Shown here in pieces: positions 50,003 through 59,599 of a DNA stretch of 64,000 bases (its first letter is position 1; every line of letters begins with the position of its first letter). The notes under the pieces were generated by a model. The model saw only the letters and a program-made list of their open reading frames with translations. It had not been told where the DNA came from and ran no database searches. The DNA comes from a virus, in the IMG/VR virus record IMGVR_UViG_3300045988_159959; one strand, written 5' to 3'. The translations under genes and the position numbers were made by a program.

Positions 50003-51007
50003 CTACCACATTTTCTTGATTTTAGAGACGTAAAAATTAATAGGATCATACAAGTTACTTAACACATCGTCCAGATAATCCATATCCATATCTCCCGGAT
50101 CAATACCGGGCTTATAAAGATAAGCTATCTTAGTGTTGAATGTTTTTGCAAGCATTAGTCCTGCACTTTTGGATTCTTCAACAGTTGCATCATCATACAT
50201 CAAGATCACATTCTCTACTCCTTTTCTTTCCAAATAGGATATTTGTTCCTTGCTTATACTGTTTCCAAAAGTAAACACACACTTCAAATCCCTGCAATCC
50301 CAAAGTTTTAAAAGATTATCTATACCTACCTTGTCAAACAATCCTTCTACTATTATCACATCTTTTACAGCAGGAGAAAGCTCATTGTAACCACCTAATA
50401 TTTTTGTAAAGTTCGTGCCTATACTGTTTTCGTACCGTAAATGCGGCTTAGTTCCGGTTTCTTTTGCCCTCTCCAAGTCTCTTTTATGCCACTCTTTAGA
50501 ATGCCTGCTTCTACCGAGCCACCCTACCAACTTATCATCCATTTTCATTTTAAAAATGATGTAGTTTTTCAAATCCTTCTCTAAAATAGATTTGGTTTCA
50601 GAAGGTTCAAAAAGTGCATAATGATACGCCCTAAACCCTCTTTCGTCCAAATAAGGGTCAGATTTCAGTCTTTCAAGACGAAGGGGAAGTTTTACTTCCG
50701 GCAGTTCTTCGGACACATCTTCGTCCTCATCATCTTTCAAAGGTGTAAGTTTTACACTTAATGAATTTTGATATTCCATTCGTATAAGGTCTTTCCTTCC
50801 TATCTTGTCCAGAAAATCCTTCAATGGTTTTTTGCTACCACATTTCCAACAATGAAATACTCCCCCGTGAGGATTTAAAAGAATCCCCCATTTCTTCGAC
50901 TTCCCACAATAGGGACAATCCATGTTTTTATTGGAGAGCCACCCTTGCGAACCAAACAACCGAAGTCCAATCGCTGCTTTTACTTCTTCTTCGTCTATCC
51001 GTATCAT
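50003..51007 (-). CDS. DnaG-like DNA primase (zinc finger plus TOPRIM)
   Basis: CPYCGKSKK..FHCWKCG zinc ribbon. TOPRIM motifs VIIVEGLFD and ILMYDDA. Confidence 0.75.
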   Translation of the reverse strand: MIRIDEEEVKAAIGLRLFGSQGWLSNKNMDCPYCGKSKKWGILLNPHGGVFHCWKCGSKKPLKDFLDKIGRKDLIRMEYQNSLSVKLTPLKDDEDEDVSEELPEVKLPLRLERLKSDPYLDERGFRAYHYALFEPSETKSILEKDLKNYIIFKMKMDDKLVGWLGRSRHSKEWHKRDLERAKETGTKPHLRYENSIGTNFTKILGGYNELSPAVKDVIIVEGLFDKVGIDNLLKLWDCRDLKCVFTFGNSISKEQISYLERKGVENVILMYDDATVEESKSAGLMLAKTFNTKIAYLYKPGIDPGDMDMDYLDDVLSNLYDPINFYVSKIKKMW

Positions 51008-51011
51008 AAAC

Positions 51012-52445
51012 CTAAATGCTTTCCATTTTCTCTGCTTCCGCCTTTTTCTTACGTGCCTGTTTTTTTACCTCTTTCCTTTCGGAAATTTGATTGTACATTT
51101 CCATCGTCCGCCCTCTGTGATAGAATCGTCTTTTGTCATAATTGGTAGCAATTGTAATCACTTCTTGACTTTCCTTGTAATCACGGAGCTTATCGACATA
51201 AATACGGGCTGTTGCATTTTCCTTTTCTTCTATTGTCATGTTCAAAGTAAACACAAAAGAAAAAGGCTTTACAAGCGTTTTGTCACCCTCCGTATAAGAA
51301 CGGTCAATTACCTTATCTGGATTGTTCCATACTTCAAACGGAACATCACTTGTCTGTGTGGCCGTAATAATAGGAGCACCTATTTCATCAGCCAAGTTCT
51401 TTAATAACTGGGCACAAGTCTGTAACTTTTCTTTCTTGTGGTCGGGATCGGAATCTATCTTTTTGGATATACCGGTCTTTACCAAATCCAGAGAATCGAG
51501 TATTACCAATCCGGGGAACTTGCCATGTGTATTAAAATAGTCATAACAAAGTTGCCGGACATCCCCCATAGAAGCCTGTCCGAACTTTTTAAATCCATAC
51601 ACTTCAATATCAGAACTAAGTTCCTTTACTTCTTTGATAGCCTGTTCTATCTTCTTTCTGTCCTTTGGACTGATATTGCCGGATTTAATATCGGAATAGG
51701 ATTGGGCAGACCATAATTGATCGTATATTTGCATACAGGCTTTAACGCCTCCTTCCAATTGAATATGAAGAACCGGTACACCTCTAATAGCAGCAGAATA
51801 CCCATGCCATTTTAATACACTGCTCTTACCAACTCCGCTTCGAGCAATCCAAAGAGATGTATCTCCTATTTCCATCCCACCAAAAGAAACATCATCCAAC
51901 CTATCTATTCCAAAAGGCACTTTTACGGGCTTTTCAGAGGCAATATCTCCTTCCATGCGTCTTTCTACCATCCGTTCATGAAAACCTCCAAAAACAGACT
52001 GAAAACCACCTGATTTGGAACGAAACGACATTTCCAATATCCTTTGGGATTCTTCGGCATTGACACGTATTGCTTCTTCCTTCTTTCCTTCTTCGTACAA
52101 GTCATGCACTTTTCTTGAAAGAAGTTCAAATTCTGTTTCCTTGACAAAAGACTGCAATTGGTCTATTGCAATTTCCCTATCTATCAAAGCCGCCTTCTTT
52201 ATTTCCTTTGCCGCATCTTGTACGACATCTTCATCAGCAAATTTCTGACAAATAGCACCAATAGAAGGTAACTTATTCTTTTCTGTATATTGTATGATCG
52301 CTTCCCTAAGAATGAATTTATAGCCCGACCATTCTTTAGGAATCAATTCATATTTCAAATATTCCGAAGCTATACGCATTATGACTTCATCAGAAAACAT
52401 CAATTTAAAGATTTCTGCCATGAAGCCGGGATTCAGTTTGCCCAT
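51012..52445 (-). CDS. DnaB-family replicative helicase
   Basis: RecA-like C-terminal domain with Walker A ARSGVGKSS and Walker B LVILDSLDL. Located next to the primase. Confidence 0.75.
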   Translation of the reverse strand: MGKLNPGFMAEIFKLMFSDEVIMRIASEYLKYELIPKEWSGYKFILREAIIQYTEKNKLPSIGAICQKFADEDVVQDAAKEIKKAALIDREIAIDQLQSFVKETEFELLSRKVHDLYEEGKKEEAIRVNAEESQRILEMSFRSKSGGFQSVFGGFHERMVERRMEGDIASEKPVKVPFGIDRLDDVSFGGMEIGDTSLWIARSGVGKSSVLKWHGYSAAIRGVPVLHIQLEGGVKACMQIYDQLWSAQSYSDIKSGNISPKDRKKIEQAIKEVKELSSDIEVYGFKKFGQASMGDVRQLCYDYFNTHGKFPGLVILDSLDLVKTGISKKIDSDPDHKKEKLQTCAQLLKNLADEIGAPIITATQTSDVPFEVWNNPDKVIDRSYTEGDKTLVKPFSFVFTLNMTIEEKENATARIYVDKLRDYKESQEVITIATNYDKRRFYHRGRTMEMYNQISERKEVKKQARKKKAEAEKMESI

Positions 52446-52458
52446 TTCCTATATTGTT

Positions 52459-55248
52459 TTACACCATGTTTATGCTAAAACTATTGCCTGATCCGTTTTC
52501 TTCACGAAGGGTATGTATAGATAAAAAGTTTGACATCACAATGTCGTCATGTCCTGAACTCGCTTCCAATTTCCCTTTATCGCTTCTGAAAGTAACGGAT
52601 GCAAACTCACTAAACATCAACTCTATTTTTTGTCTTGTCTCCCCTTCCTTGTAAGGAACTTTAATCTGCCCTCTTTCAAACATAGCAGATAAGGATGGTA
52701 GACCGGAATAGAGGTCTTTCTTATTTCCTTCTGTTGTTGTAAACTGCTCGATATTGGAAAGCCCCCTTTCCCTTGCAAGTGCAGACAAAATTCCCTGAAA
52801 ACCATTTGATTCACATACTATTTTATCCGGTTTGTATAAGCGGTTAAAAAGAACAATCTTATCTACCTGTTCGTTATGAGACATTCCTTTCGCACGAAAA
52901 TAGTTTATCAAATAAAAATTATTCGAATAGTCGATACCCCAAACAGAATAAACAGTGTAGTCCGCACCAATATTACCGGATACAGCAAAGTCACATCCTA
53001 CCACTACTCTTTGAAGCTCAAACGGGAAAAATTCTATACTGTCAGCAAAAGAAACCTTGTCCATTCCCACAGTTGACCTTCTTAAATACTCATAAGGGAA
53101 AATGGTTGAGTTATCAGAAATAGGGATAACCAAATACTCACGAGCAAATACAATAGAACCAAGTTCTATTCTTTTTGTCTTTATATCTTCAAAGGTGTAC
53201 CTATCCGGTGCAAGTGGTCTGCCATCCGGGAAAACAATAGGATATTCAAACGAATAGAAGCGTTTATCACCTTTTATCACATTGTACAATTCATTCGGAG
53301 CAGTTGAGTAAGGTGTACCGGATACAATTAAATATCCGTATGGTTCTACAATAGGTGTAATCGTACCTCTAAAAACTTCTTTTAGTTTTTCCCTTTGCTC
53401 GTCACTATACAAAGAACTCTCGTCCGGCATATCGTCTATAATCGCCGCGCCAACGTGAAGCCCACGAATAAACCCATCCTTACCGCGAACATGAAGAATG
53501 GCTCCGTTCTCACCTTCTATCGCTGTTTCACCCAGCTTTGCTTTCCCATTCGGATCAATCTTTTCCTTTAGAATATCGTTAGTAGTGATTTCTTCTATGA
53601 TCTTGTTCACATGCACTTTTGCAAGTGTCATAGTGTTTGTGATCATAGCCGTCTCTTTCCGGTTCTTATTGTCAACCGTATCACCTCCATATAACATAGG
53701 ACGTGTGTAGGAATACAAACGCCACAAGGGGAAAGAGTAGCACCACATATAGCTGTTATGAACTACTGTACCGTCTGCAAGCAGAAACTTATGATCTCCA
53801 TCACAGGTAAAACCGTAATAGTCGTCATCACCAACTGGCGTTACCGTTAAAGATGAAACCTGCGTATCTTGAACTTGTTCTATAAATTCTACTTGCTTTC
53901 TTTTGATCTTTGTTGGCACGTTATGTAGCTTTCCAGAAATATGCAATCTATAAAAAACATAATCTTTCAAAACATATTCGCCTCTTTTTTCTGTTTTTAC
54001 TTTAATATCCTTTCTTTCTTCCGTTACGGTTTTACACCTTAAACCAAGTGACCATGCTAATTGCTGAACCTGATAAGCCAAAATTTTACTTTTAGAAGAA
54101 TATTCAAAACTTCTATTTGTTTTATTAAGTCCTTTCCTTTTGGCTCTGTCGGCATCACAACTTCCATCTGTATCTAATATTCCTGCCAATAGCTCCATTC
54201 TTTGCTGATAAGAAGCTCGCATATAAATATCCGGGATATGCTTGTTTTTTATAAGATCAAGTTCTTTCAACTCTTTGTTAAGATTGATATTTCCTTCGTG
54301 AATGGAAATAGACATCTTACTTGCTCTCGTCCCATCTTTCCAGCTTTTCACATATCCTCCAATCCTATCTGCATATCCTTTTATATATTCATATATTTCA
54401 TCATCTGGATTACAAATAACAGAATTGTCCGAATACCCATCACCCAGCCAAATTCCCAAAAAATAAGGCTCAATGGGAAGGCTCTGCTCTGGAAGTTCCC
54501 ATCCGTTTACTCTATACCCCAATACCTTCTTTTGAGAATACCCAACGTGTGTTGGTATCTTTTCAACAGGAATATCTTCATATTCAATAACGGTATGGCT
54601 ACGATATGGCTTAACTCCTTTTACTCTTTTTGTGTACCTTACTCTTGCGCAAACCAAATGACCTTCGTTTACTGTATAGGACATTGCGTAAGATTGATCT
54701 ACCCGATACATAGGTGCTCTACCTCTATGTAACTGCAATACCGTTCTTGGAGTTGAATCAACCCCCATCACCTTGTCCCCAACTTTAATATTTTGGATTT
54801 TCTCTATCGAACCATCCGCCATAACTATCGGAGTATCAATAAGATTGCACTTACCGGCTCCGCGCGCGCACAAATAACTACTCCACGGAAAGAGTTGTGT
54901 AAGGTTCCCCCATTCCAAATTTCTCCATCCTAAATTAAAATTAGAAAGGACAGTCGCATTGAAATAGTTATATGAAAGGATTCTTAGGTTTTCATCCATT
55001 GAAGCAAACAAATTATCCACATATCCCAATTTTTCAGTATCGAGAGATCGTCCAAAATTCATTGCATACTCTGTCTGATCTATAATAGTTTCAAGCATCT
55101 TGTCCATATCCCTTTTATATCCCCCTGAAAAGAGTTGAGATATAGTAGGAGAAGGAAGCCTGTCTATTATATCGTCCACAGTAGTAAACAACCTCTTTGC
55201 TTGCAAATCGGTCAGAATCCCACCTTTTGAATTATATACTATCGCCAT
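52459..55248 (-). CDS. terL: terminase large subunit, interrupted by an intein
   Basis: Walker A CARGAGK|intein|S; Walker B AAIIDDMPDE; VSGTP coupling motif; RNase-H-like nuclease motifs VVGCDFAVS..DYTV, CESNGFQ, GHDDIVMS. Confidence 0.85.
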   Translation of the reverse strand: MAIVYNSKGGILTDLQAKRLFTTVDDIIDRLPSPTISQLFSGGYKRDMDKMLETIIDQTEYAMNFGRSLDTEKLGYVDNLFASMDENLRILSYNYFNATVLSNFNLGWRNLEWGNLTQLFPWSSYLCARGAGKCNLIDTPIVMADGSIEKIQNIKVGDKVMGVDSTPRTVLQLHRGRAPMYRVDQSYAMSYTVNEGHLVCARVRYTKRVKGVKPYRSHTVIEYEDIPVEKIPTHVGYSQKKVLGYRVNGWELPEQSLPIEPYFLGIWLGDGYSDNSVICNPDDEIYEYIKGYADRIGGYVKSWKDGTRASKMSISIHEGNINLNKELKELDLIKNKHIPDIYMRASYQQRMELLAGILDTDGSCDADRAKRKGLNKTNRSFEYSSKSKILAYQVQQLAWSLGLRCKTVTEERKDIKVKTEKRGEYVLKDYVFYRLHISGKLHNVPTKIKRKQVEFIEQVQDTQVSSLTVTPVGDDDYYGFTCDGDHKFLLADGTVVHNSYMWCYSFPLWRLYSYTRPMLYGGDTVDNKNRKETAMITNTMTLAKVHVNKIIEEITTNDILKEKIDPNGKAKLGETAIEGENGAILHVRGKDGFIRGLHVGAAIIDDMPDESSLYSDEQREKLKEVFRGTITPIVEPYGYLIVSGTPYSTAPNELYNVIKGDKRFYSFEYPIVFPDGRPLAPDRYTFEDIKTKRIELGSIVFAREYLVIPISDNSTIFPYEYLRRSTVGMDKVSFADSIEFFPFELQRVVVGCDFAVSGNIGADYTVYSVWGIDYSNNFYLINYFRAKGMSHNEQVDKIVLFNRLYKPDKIVCESNGFQGILSALARERGLSNIEQFTTTEGNKKDLYSGLPSLSAMFERGQIKVPYKEGETRQKIELMFSEFASVTFRSDKGKLEASSGHDDIVMSNFLSIHTLREENGSGNSFSINMV
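53755..54849 (-). mobile_element. 365-aa intein with a LAGLIDADG homing endonuclease in the TerL P-loop
   Basis: Starts CNLIDTPIVMADG after GAGK. Block B-like TVNEGH. LAGLIDADG motifs LGIWLGDGY and LAGILDTDGS. Ends LLADGTVVHN|S. Confidence 0.85.
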
Positions 55249-55251
55249 GCT

Positions 55252-55908
55252 TTACAAAGCAAATTTTTCTCGGAAAGGATTCTTGACCGTCATACCAGCT
55301 TGTTCGGTAGCTGTTCCTTCTCCTCGAAGTTTCTTTACGAAATTTATCATAAGTAGTGCGTTTGCATAGGTATCGTCACCGGCGCGGTGAGCATGAACCA
55401 AATCAATGCCTTCTTTGTCACAAATGGTATGTAGTTGATAGTTTTCCGATTCTGTATAAGCCATGTGAGACAATTGCATCGTATCTACCGAAAACTTTAC
55501 ATACTTGCTTAGATCGTCTCCCATGAACTTGAAAAAGTTCTCCAAAAAAGCATTATCAAACCCTACTATATTGTGTCCACAAAGCGTACATAATTGACGC
55601 GGGTTTTTGTACCTTTTAAAAATCTCCAGACACTTTTTGTAAGCCTCTTTTAACGAAATTGCCTTTTCATTCTGGATAGATTCAGTAATGCCATGTATTA
55701 CTTCCGCTTCTGCGCTATAAACCAACCCTTCTTTATAGTCATGTGGCAAAATCATAGACACTTCTTCACATATCTCCAGTTTTTCCATATCTATGACCAC
55801 AAACGCAATTTCTATAAGTGCAATCGTATCAAAAGCCAGCCTATCCTTTGAAGGTAGACCTCCAGTCTCCACGTCATAACATATCAAATACTTACTCGAA
55901 CTTTTCAT
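55252..55908 (-). CDS. DEDDh 3'-5' exonuclease (DnaQ/epsilon-like)
   Basis: Exo I LICYDVETGG, Exo II GHNIVGFDNAFL, Exo III HRAGDDTYANA. Confidence 0.8.
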   Translation of the reverse strand: MKSSSKYLICYDVETGGLPSKDRLAFDTIALIEIAFVVIDMEKLEICEEVSMILPHDYKEGLVYSAEAEVIHGITESIQNEKAISLKEAYKKCLEIFKRYKNPRQLCTLCGHNIVGFDNAFLENFFKFMGDDLSKYVKFSVDTMQLSHMAYTESENYQLHTICDKEGIDLVHAHRAGDDTYANALLMINFVKKLRGEGTATEQAGMTVKNPFREKFAL

Positions 55909-55921
55909 TTTCTTCTCCTTT

Positions 55922-56149
55922 CTATTTTGTTTCTTTCACAAGTTTCCACAACCTTACATTGCTACCTGCCGGTACACAAGGAACAATACTCAACCCTTCT
56001 CCCAAATAGGAAGGGACTTTGCCCGTTGCCGCATAAGCCCTGATATTCCAGTATGAAAACTTTCCACCATCTTTCTTTTTATAATGCTCATTGAAATAGT
56101 CTGTCATTCCAACGAGATTCAAATTTTTTACTATAATTTCCGTTGCCAT
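55922..56149 (-). CDS. hypothetical protein (75 aa)
   Basis: ATG ORF in the array. Confidence 0.5.
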   Translation of the reverse strand: MATEIIVKNLNLVGMTDYFNEHYKKKDGGKFSYWNIRAYAATGKVPSYLGEGLSIVPCVPAGSNVRLWKLVKETK

Positions 56150-56155
56150 TAATTG

Positions 56156-56560
56156 TTAATTCAACACTAATTTCAGTCTATCGAAATCACGAGAACAAGT
56201 TTCCTCGCTTTCATACCGGACATGAATGTTTTTGTAAGGATTATCCTTTAACGTTACATCGTCCGGCATTCTATTTATGATTATTTCCGGTACACCTTCA
56301 TCTGTATAATCCATTTCTGCGGAAACAATAAATATCCTTGTCAGTGCCAATTTCCCATCAGAGAACACAAACATACGCTGTTTTTTTGTATAGTCTCTTT
56401 CTGACCACTTAATACATTCTTCGGTAAAGTCAACAATACTTTCCGTATCTTGAAGTACTATCACATCTTCCAGCTTTCCTTTCAGAACGTTTAACTTCAA
56501 ATCCCCAAATAAATTTGCAATGGATTGAAGTAATACCTCTATGTTTTCATCTATTCGCAT
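56156..56560 (-). CDS. hypothetical protein (134 aa)
   Basis: ATG ORF in the array. Confidence 0.6.
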   Translation of the reverse strand: MRIDENIEVLLQSIANLFGDLKLNVLKGKLEDVIVLQDTESIVDFTEECIKWSERDYTKKQRMFVFSDGKLALTRIFIVSAEMDYTDEGVPEIIINRMPDDVTLKDNPYKNIHVRYESEETCSRDFDRLKLVLN

Positions 56561-56715
56561 ACATCCAATTCAATTAAATGTTCATATTCTCTAAGGACTT
56601 CCCTTGTTCTCCCATTCTGTACTTTCACTACCAGCATAGTACCATCTTCCGTTTGATAGGAATCGGCTACCTCACCTTCAAAGTAGTAACATCCTTCTGT
56701 CCAACATACTGTCAT
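56551..56715 (-). CDS. small ORF (54 aa, not in the track)
   Basis: Read by hand: MTVCWTEGCYYFEGEVADSYQTEDGTMLVVKVQNGRTREVLREYEHLIELDVCE. Overlaps the next start by 10 nt. Confidence 0.4.
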   Translation of the reverse strand: MTVCWTEGCYYFEGEVADSYQTEDGTMLVVKVQNGRTREVLREYEHLIELDVCE

Positions 56716-56735
56716 GATATTTTTTAATTTAAAAG

Positions 56736-57080
56736 TTATACAATCTCTCTTTCGTTAAATTCATGTAATCTGTGGCAAGCGGAACAAAGAAGTTCAATAT
56801 TGTTCTTGTCCATCTTCAAATCCGGTCTTGCACCTCTTGATCTGATATGAGAAAAGAAAATAGCTTTCGGTTCGTCCCCTAAAGGCTTTCCACATTTTAC
56901 ACAAACATGTGGTCTTTCTTCCCATATCTCCATAAATAGGGATTGAAGATCGCCCCTGCGTTCTTTGGTTGTTTCCGTATCGCATTCCTTACAGAGCCAC
57001 TTCATCCTATTGTAGATATAATGGTTTTCACCACATCTTTTACAAGGACGATACTGCCATTTCTCTTTTTTTTTCAACAT
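56736..57080 (-). CDS. zinc-ribbon plus HNH-like nuclease (NinG-like)
   Basis: CKRCG..CKEC then CVKCG..FSHIRSRGARPDL..NNIELLCSACH. Confidence 0.5.
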   Translation of the reverse strand: MLKKKEKWQYRPCKRCGENHYIYNRMKWLCKECDTETTKERRGDLQSLFMEIWEERPHVCVKCGKPLGDEPKAIFFSHIRSRGARPDLKMDKNNIELLCSACHRLHEFNEREIV

Positions 57081-57081
57081 A

Positions 57082-57309
57082 TCACCAATTCCCCATTAAC
57101 TTACCATCTTTCACAAAAGCCCAAAAACCTACCGGTTCCTCCTTTGTCCGTAAAGGAATAAACAGTATATCGCCAGAAGTATTCCCTCTACATAAGACTT
57201 TCTTTCCATTATTAGCAGGAACGTATCCCCACATACCCCTTTCCAACTTTTCTTCTTCCGACAAAGAATCCAGGAATCTCTGTCTTGCTTTACGTTTTCT
57301 CTTTCCCAT
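57082..57309 (-). CDS. hypothetical protein (75 aa)
   Basis: ATG ORF with a 1-nt gap on both sides. Confidence 0.5.
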   Translation of the reverse strand: MGKRKRKARQRFLDSLSEEEKLERGMWGYVPANNGKKVLCRGNTSGDILFIPLRTKEEPVGFWAFVKDGKLMGNW

Positions 57310-57310
57310 A

Positions 57311-57532
57311 CTATCTGTTTTTGTTTTGTATTCTGTTAAACCTTTCTACAATTTTGCATACATAATCCAGCTTTGCTTCACTTTCTTTGCTTGAAAAATA
57401 GATGAATCCGTAACTTTTGATCCACAATGTATTTCCAAAGCAAGCGTACCTTACAACAAACAATTCAGCTCTTTTCGTATCATAAAAACAAGGAACGATC
57501 CTTACTTCCAATTCTTTTCCTTTCTTTCCCAT
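57311..57532 (-). CDS. hypothetical protein (73 aa)
   Basis: ATG ORF in the array. Confidence 0.5.
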   Translation of the reverse strand: MGKKGKELEVRIVPCFYDTKRAELFVVRYACFGNTLWIKSYGFIYFSSKESEAKLDYVCKIVERFNRIQNKNR

Positions 57533-57537
57533 ATTCT

Positions 57538-58035
57538 TTAGTTTTTGTACTTTTCTTCACACAGCTTTATATACCGACATCCCTTACATTTTTCGTCATG
57601 ATATAAAAAACCATCGTAGCTTTCACAAAGGATATAGCCTCTCGGAGAATTGAAATAAAGGCATCTTTCTTTGTCCAAATAGGATTCTGTGATACATTCT
57701 TCTTTCTTGATAGGATTGCAAAGATCATGCTCCATTACAAATTTAGAAACAAACCACATATCTCTTTGCGTTCGGTTTCTCCATCTTTCAATAGCTGCCT
57801 TTCCTATTACATTTGCAAGAGGAACCATGCTCAACTTTGACACTGACAAAAGAAAAACTTGTCTGTGGAATTGAAAGGTAAGATAGTTCCACAAATCGCC
57901 CACTATCTCGTTTTCAAGAAAATTACTTATCTTTTCCTTGTCTTTTCTTTTCATACGAAACTCGTACATAGGGTTGTTTGTCAGTTTCCCTTGTAAGTAT
58001 TCGTAAATCTCCTTAAATTCTTCTTTTCTTGTCAT
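57538..58035 (-). CDS. hypothetical protein (165 aa)
   Basis: ATG ORF, first gene after the terminator at 58101-58121. Confidence 0.6.
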   Translation of the reverse strand: MTRKEEFKEIYEYLQGKLTNNPMYEFRMKRKDKEKISNFLENEIVGDLWNYLTFQFHRQVFLLSVSKLSMVPLANVIGKAAIERWRNRTQRDMWFVSKFVMEHDLCNPIKKEECITESYLDKERCLYFNSPRGYILCESYDGFLYHDEKCKGCRYIKLCEEKYKN

Positions 58036-58055
58036 TGCTATCGAAATTAGATTTA

Positions 58056-58087
58056 TACAATCATTGCATACAAAAGTTGCATGTTTT
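58056..58087 (+). repeat. 32-nt intergenic element, inverted copy of 48289-48320
   Basis: TACAATCATTGCATACAAAAGTTGCATGTTTT versus the reverse complement of 48289-48320: 3 mismatches in 32. Confidence 0.6.
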
Positions 58088-58100
58088 AAGTGATAAAAGA

Positions 58101-58121
58101 AGGGGAAGTTTTTGTTCCCCT
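58101..58121 (-). terminator. intrinsic terminator-like hairpin
   Basis: AGGGGAA-7 nt-TTCCCCT. On the minus strand it is followed by TCTTTTAT. Lies downstream of 58152..58718. Confidence 0.5.
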
Positions 58122-58151
58122 ATCTCGTCAGCAAAACTACAACTTTTGTAA

Positions 58152-58718
58152 TTATTCCCAAACCAAATTAATGTTAAAAATCTCGTCAGTCTCTTTTTCA
58201 ACCTTCTTGTAGCGGTTTTGAGTGTTCGTATCTCTCTCTGCCACATTGTTATAATCTTCTCGGATAATTTTTCCGTCAAGCACCCGTGAAAACCACAAAC
58301 AAATTTCAGCGTCCGGTTCAAAATCACCCAATGTAACCTTATCTTCTTCTGTAGCATCATAGAGTTGAATCCAATAGGGCTTCTCGTAAATAGAAGACGT
58401 TCTTGGTGTAACAGGATTGTCGTTTTCATCCTTGTTCATCTCTATTGCTCCTACCATGATTTTTCCATACGGATTCTCTGTTACAGCAGAAAACCACATA
58501 TTGACGTTTTTAAGCGTTTCTGTGCCCTCATTTTTCAAAATGACAGCAATGTATTGATCGCGAGGATTCGCTGCCAAATTAAGGCTTATTTCATCAAATA
58601 AATTACTGAACATATCGTTAGGCACAGGGGTGGATGATTTGTACCCACCCAAAGAATCAGAAATCTTAGTCTGCTGATTATTGTACCCTGCGCTTGTTGT
58701 ATAATAAAACTTCAACAT
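58152..58718 (-). CDS. putative virion/tail-associated protein (188 aa)
   Basis: ATG ORF immediately downstream of the fibre genes. Function assigned by position only. Confidence 0.5.
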   Translation of the reverse strand: MLKFYYTTSAGYNNQQTKISDSLGGYKSSTPVPNDMFSNLFDEISLNLAANPRDQYIAVILKNEGTETLKNVNMWFSAVTENPYGKIMVGAIEMNKDENDNPVTPRTSSIYEKPYWIQLYDATEEDKVTLGDFEPDAEICLWFSRVLDGKIIREDYNNVAERDTNTQNRYKKVEKETDEIFNINLVWE

Positions 58719-58724
58719 AGTCCT

Positions 58725-59576
58725 TTAGCTTTTAGGAGTTGACATAAAGATGTTTCCCAGTGACCAATATTCACTTTTTACTTCATTGGAAACGGAAACT
58801 GTACCACCGGAATTTTGAACACGGGCAATATAATATTCATCCGCTTCTTTTTCAGGTGGTGTAGAAACACTTACTTCCGGCACTAAAGAAATAACATAAT
58901 CGTCATAGGTGTATAGCCCATTTCTTTGTTCAGAAGTTAAAACACCACCCAAAGGAAGTGTACCCAATACAATTACTCGAAGATTGGATTCTGCAACAAA
59001 AGTAGAAGCAGATGTAAGCAACAAGTTCTGATTGTCAATTACATTTACGATTTGATAAACCCCATTATTAATAGGAACGGAGCCATCTTGTTTTTCAAAC
59101 CGGATAGAAACGGGCGTTGATGAAGATTGTCCCCTTACCTTGCCTGAAAAGTTTACAGAACCCGAAACAACACCTTGTGAGTTGACACTCACGTAACCCT
59201 TTTCGTAATTGCGTGTTTGATATCCTATTTTAACCCAATAGAAGTTGCTGTCATTTGGAACAGCAATATTGTCCTCTACACCAATATCAATAAATTCTCC
59301 TTGACTTGTAAGAGCCATACCGGGAAGAATTTTAATTGTCCCGGAGTTCGTACCGGTTTCCACTTTGAAAGGATCAACCAAATTATCTTCATTCGTCGGC
59401 TTATTGACCGTATTCGGGCTAATCTTTGAAGGATCATTTGTTATCATCCCAAAAGAATAAGAAGCCTGTAGCACCGCCTTCATTAGCGGTGCTGTAGCAA
59501 AGAAAGACAACATATTCGTCAATTCCTCTCTTTCCAAAAACACATTTCTGCTGATGTTAATCTTACTCATTTTCAA
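58725..59576 (-). CDS. putative virion/tail-associated protein (283 aa)
   Basis: ATG ORF next to the large fibre gene, with beta-rich composition. Function assigned by position only. Confidence 0.5.
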   Translation of the reverse strand: MKMSKINISRNVFLEREELTNMLSFFATAPLMKAVLQASYSFGMITNDPSKISPNTVNKPTNEDNLVDPFKVETGTNSGTIKILPGMALTSQGEFIDIGVEDNIAVPNDSNFYWVKIGYQTRNYEKGYVSVNSQGVVSGSVNFSGKVRGQSSSTPVSIRFEKQDGSVPINNGVYQIVNVIDNQNLLLTSASTFVAESNLRVIVLGTLPLGGVLTSEQRNGLYTYDDYVISLVPEVSVSTPPEKEADEYYIARVQNSGGTVSVSNEVKSEYWSLGNIFMSTPKS

Positions 59577-59599
59577 TATCTTTTAAAAATTAATACTTA

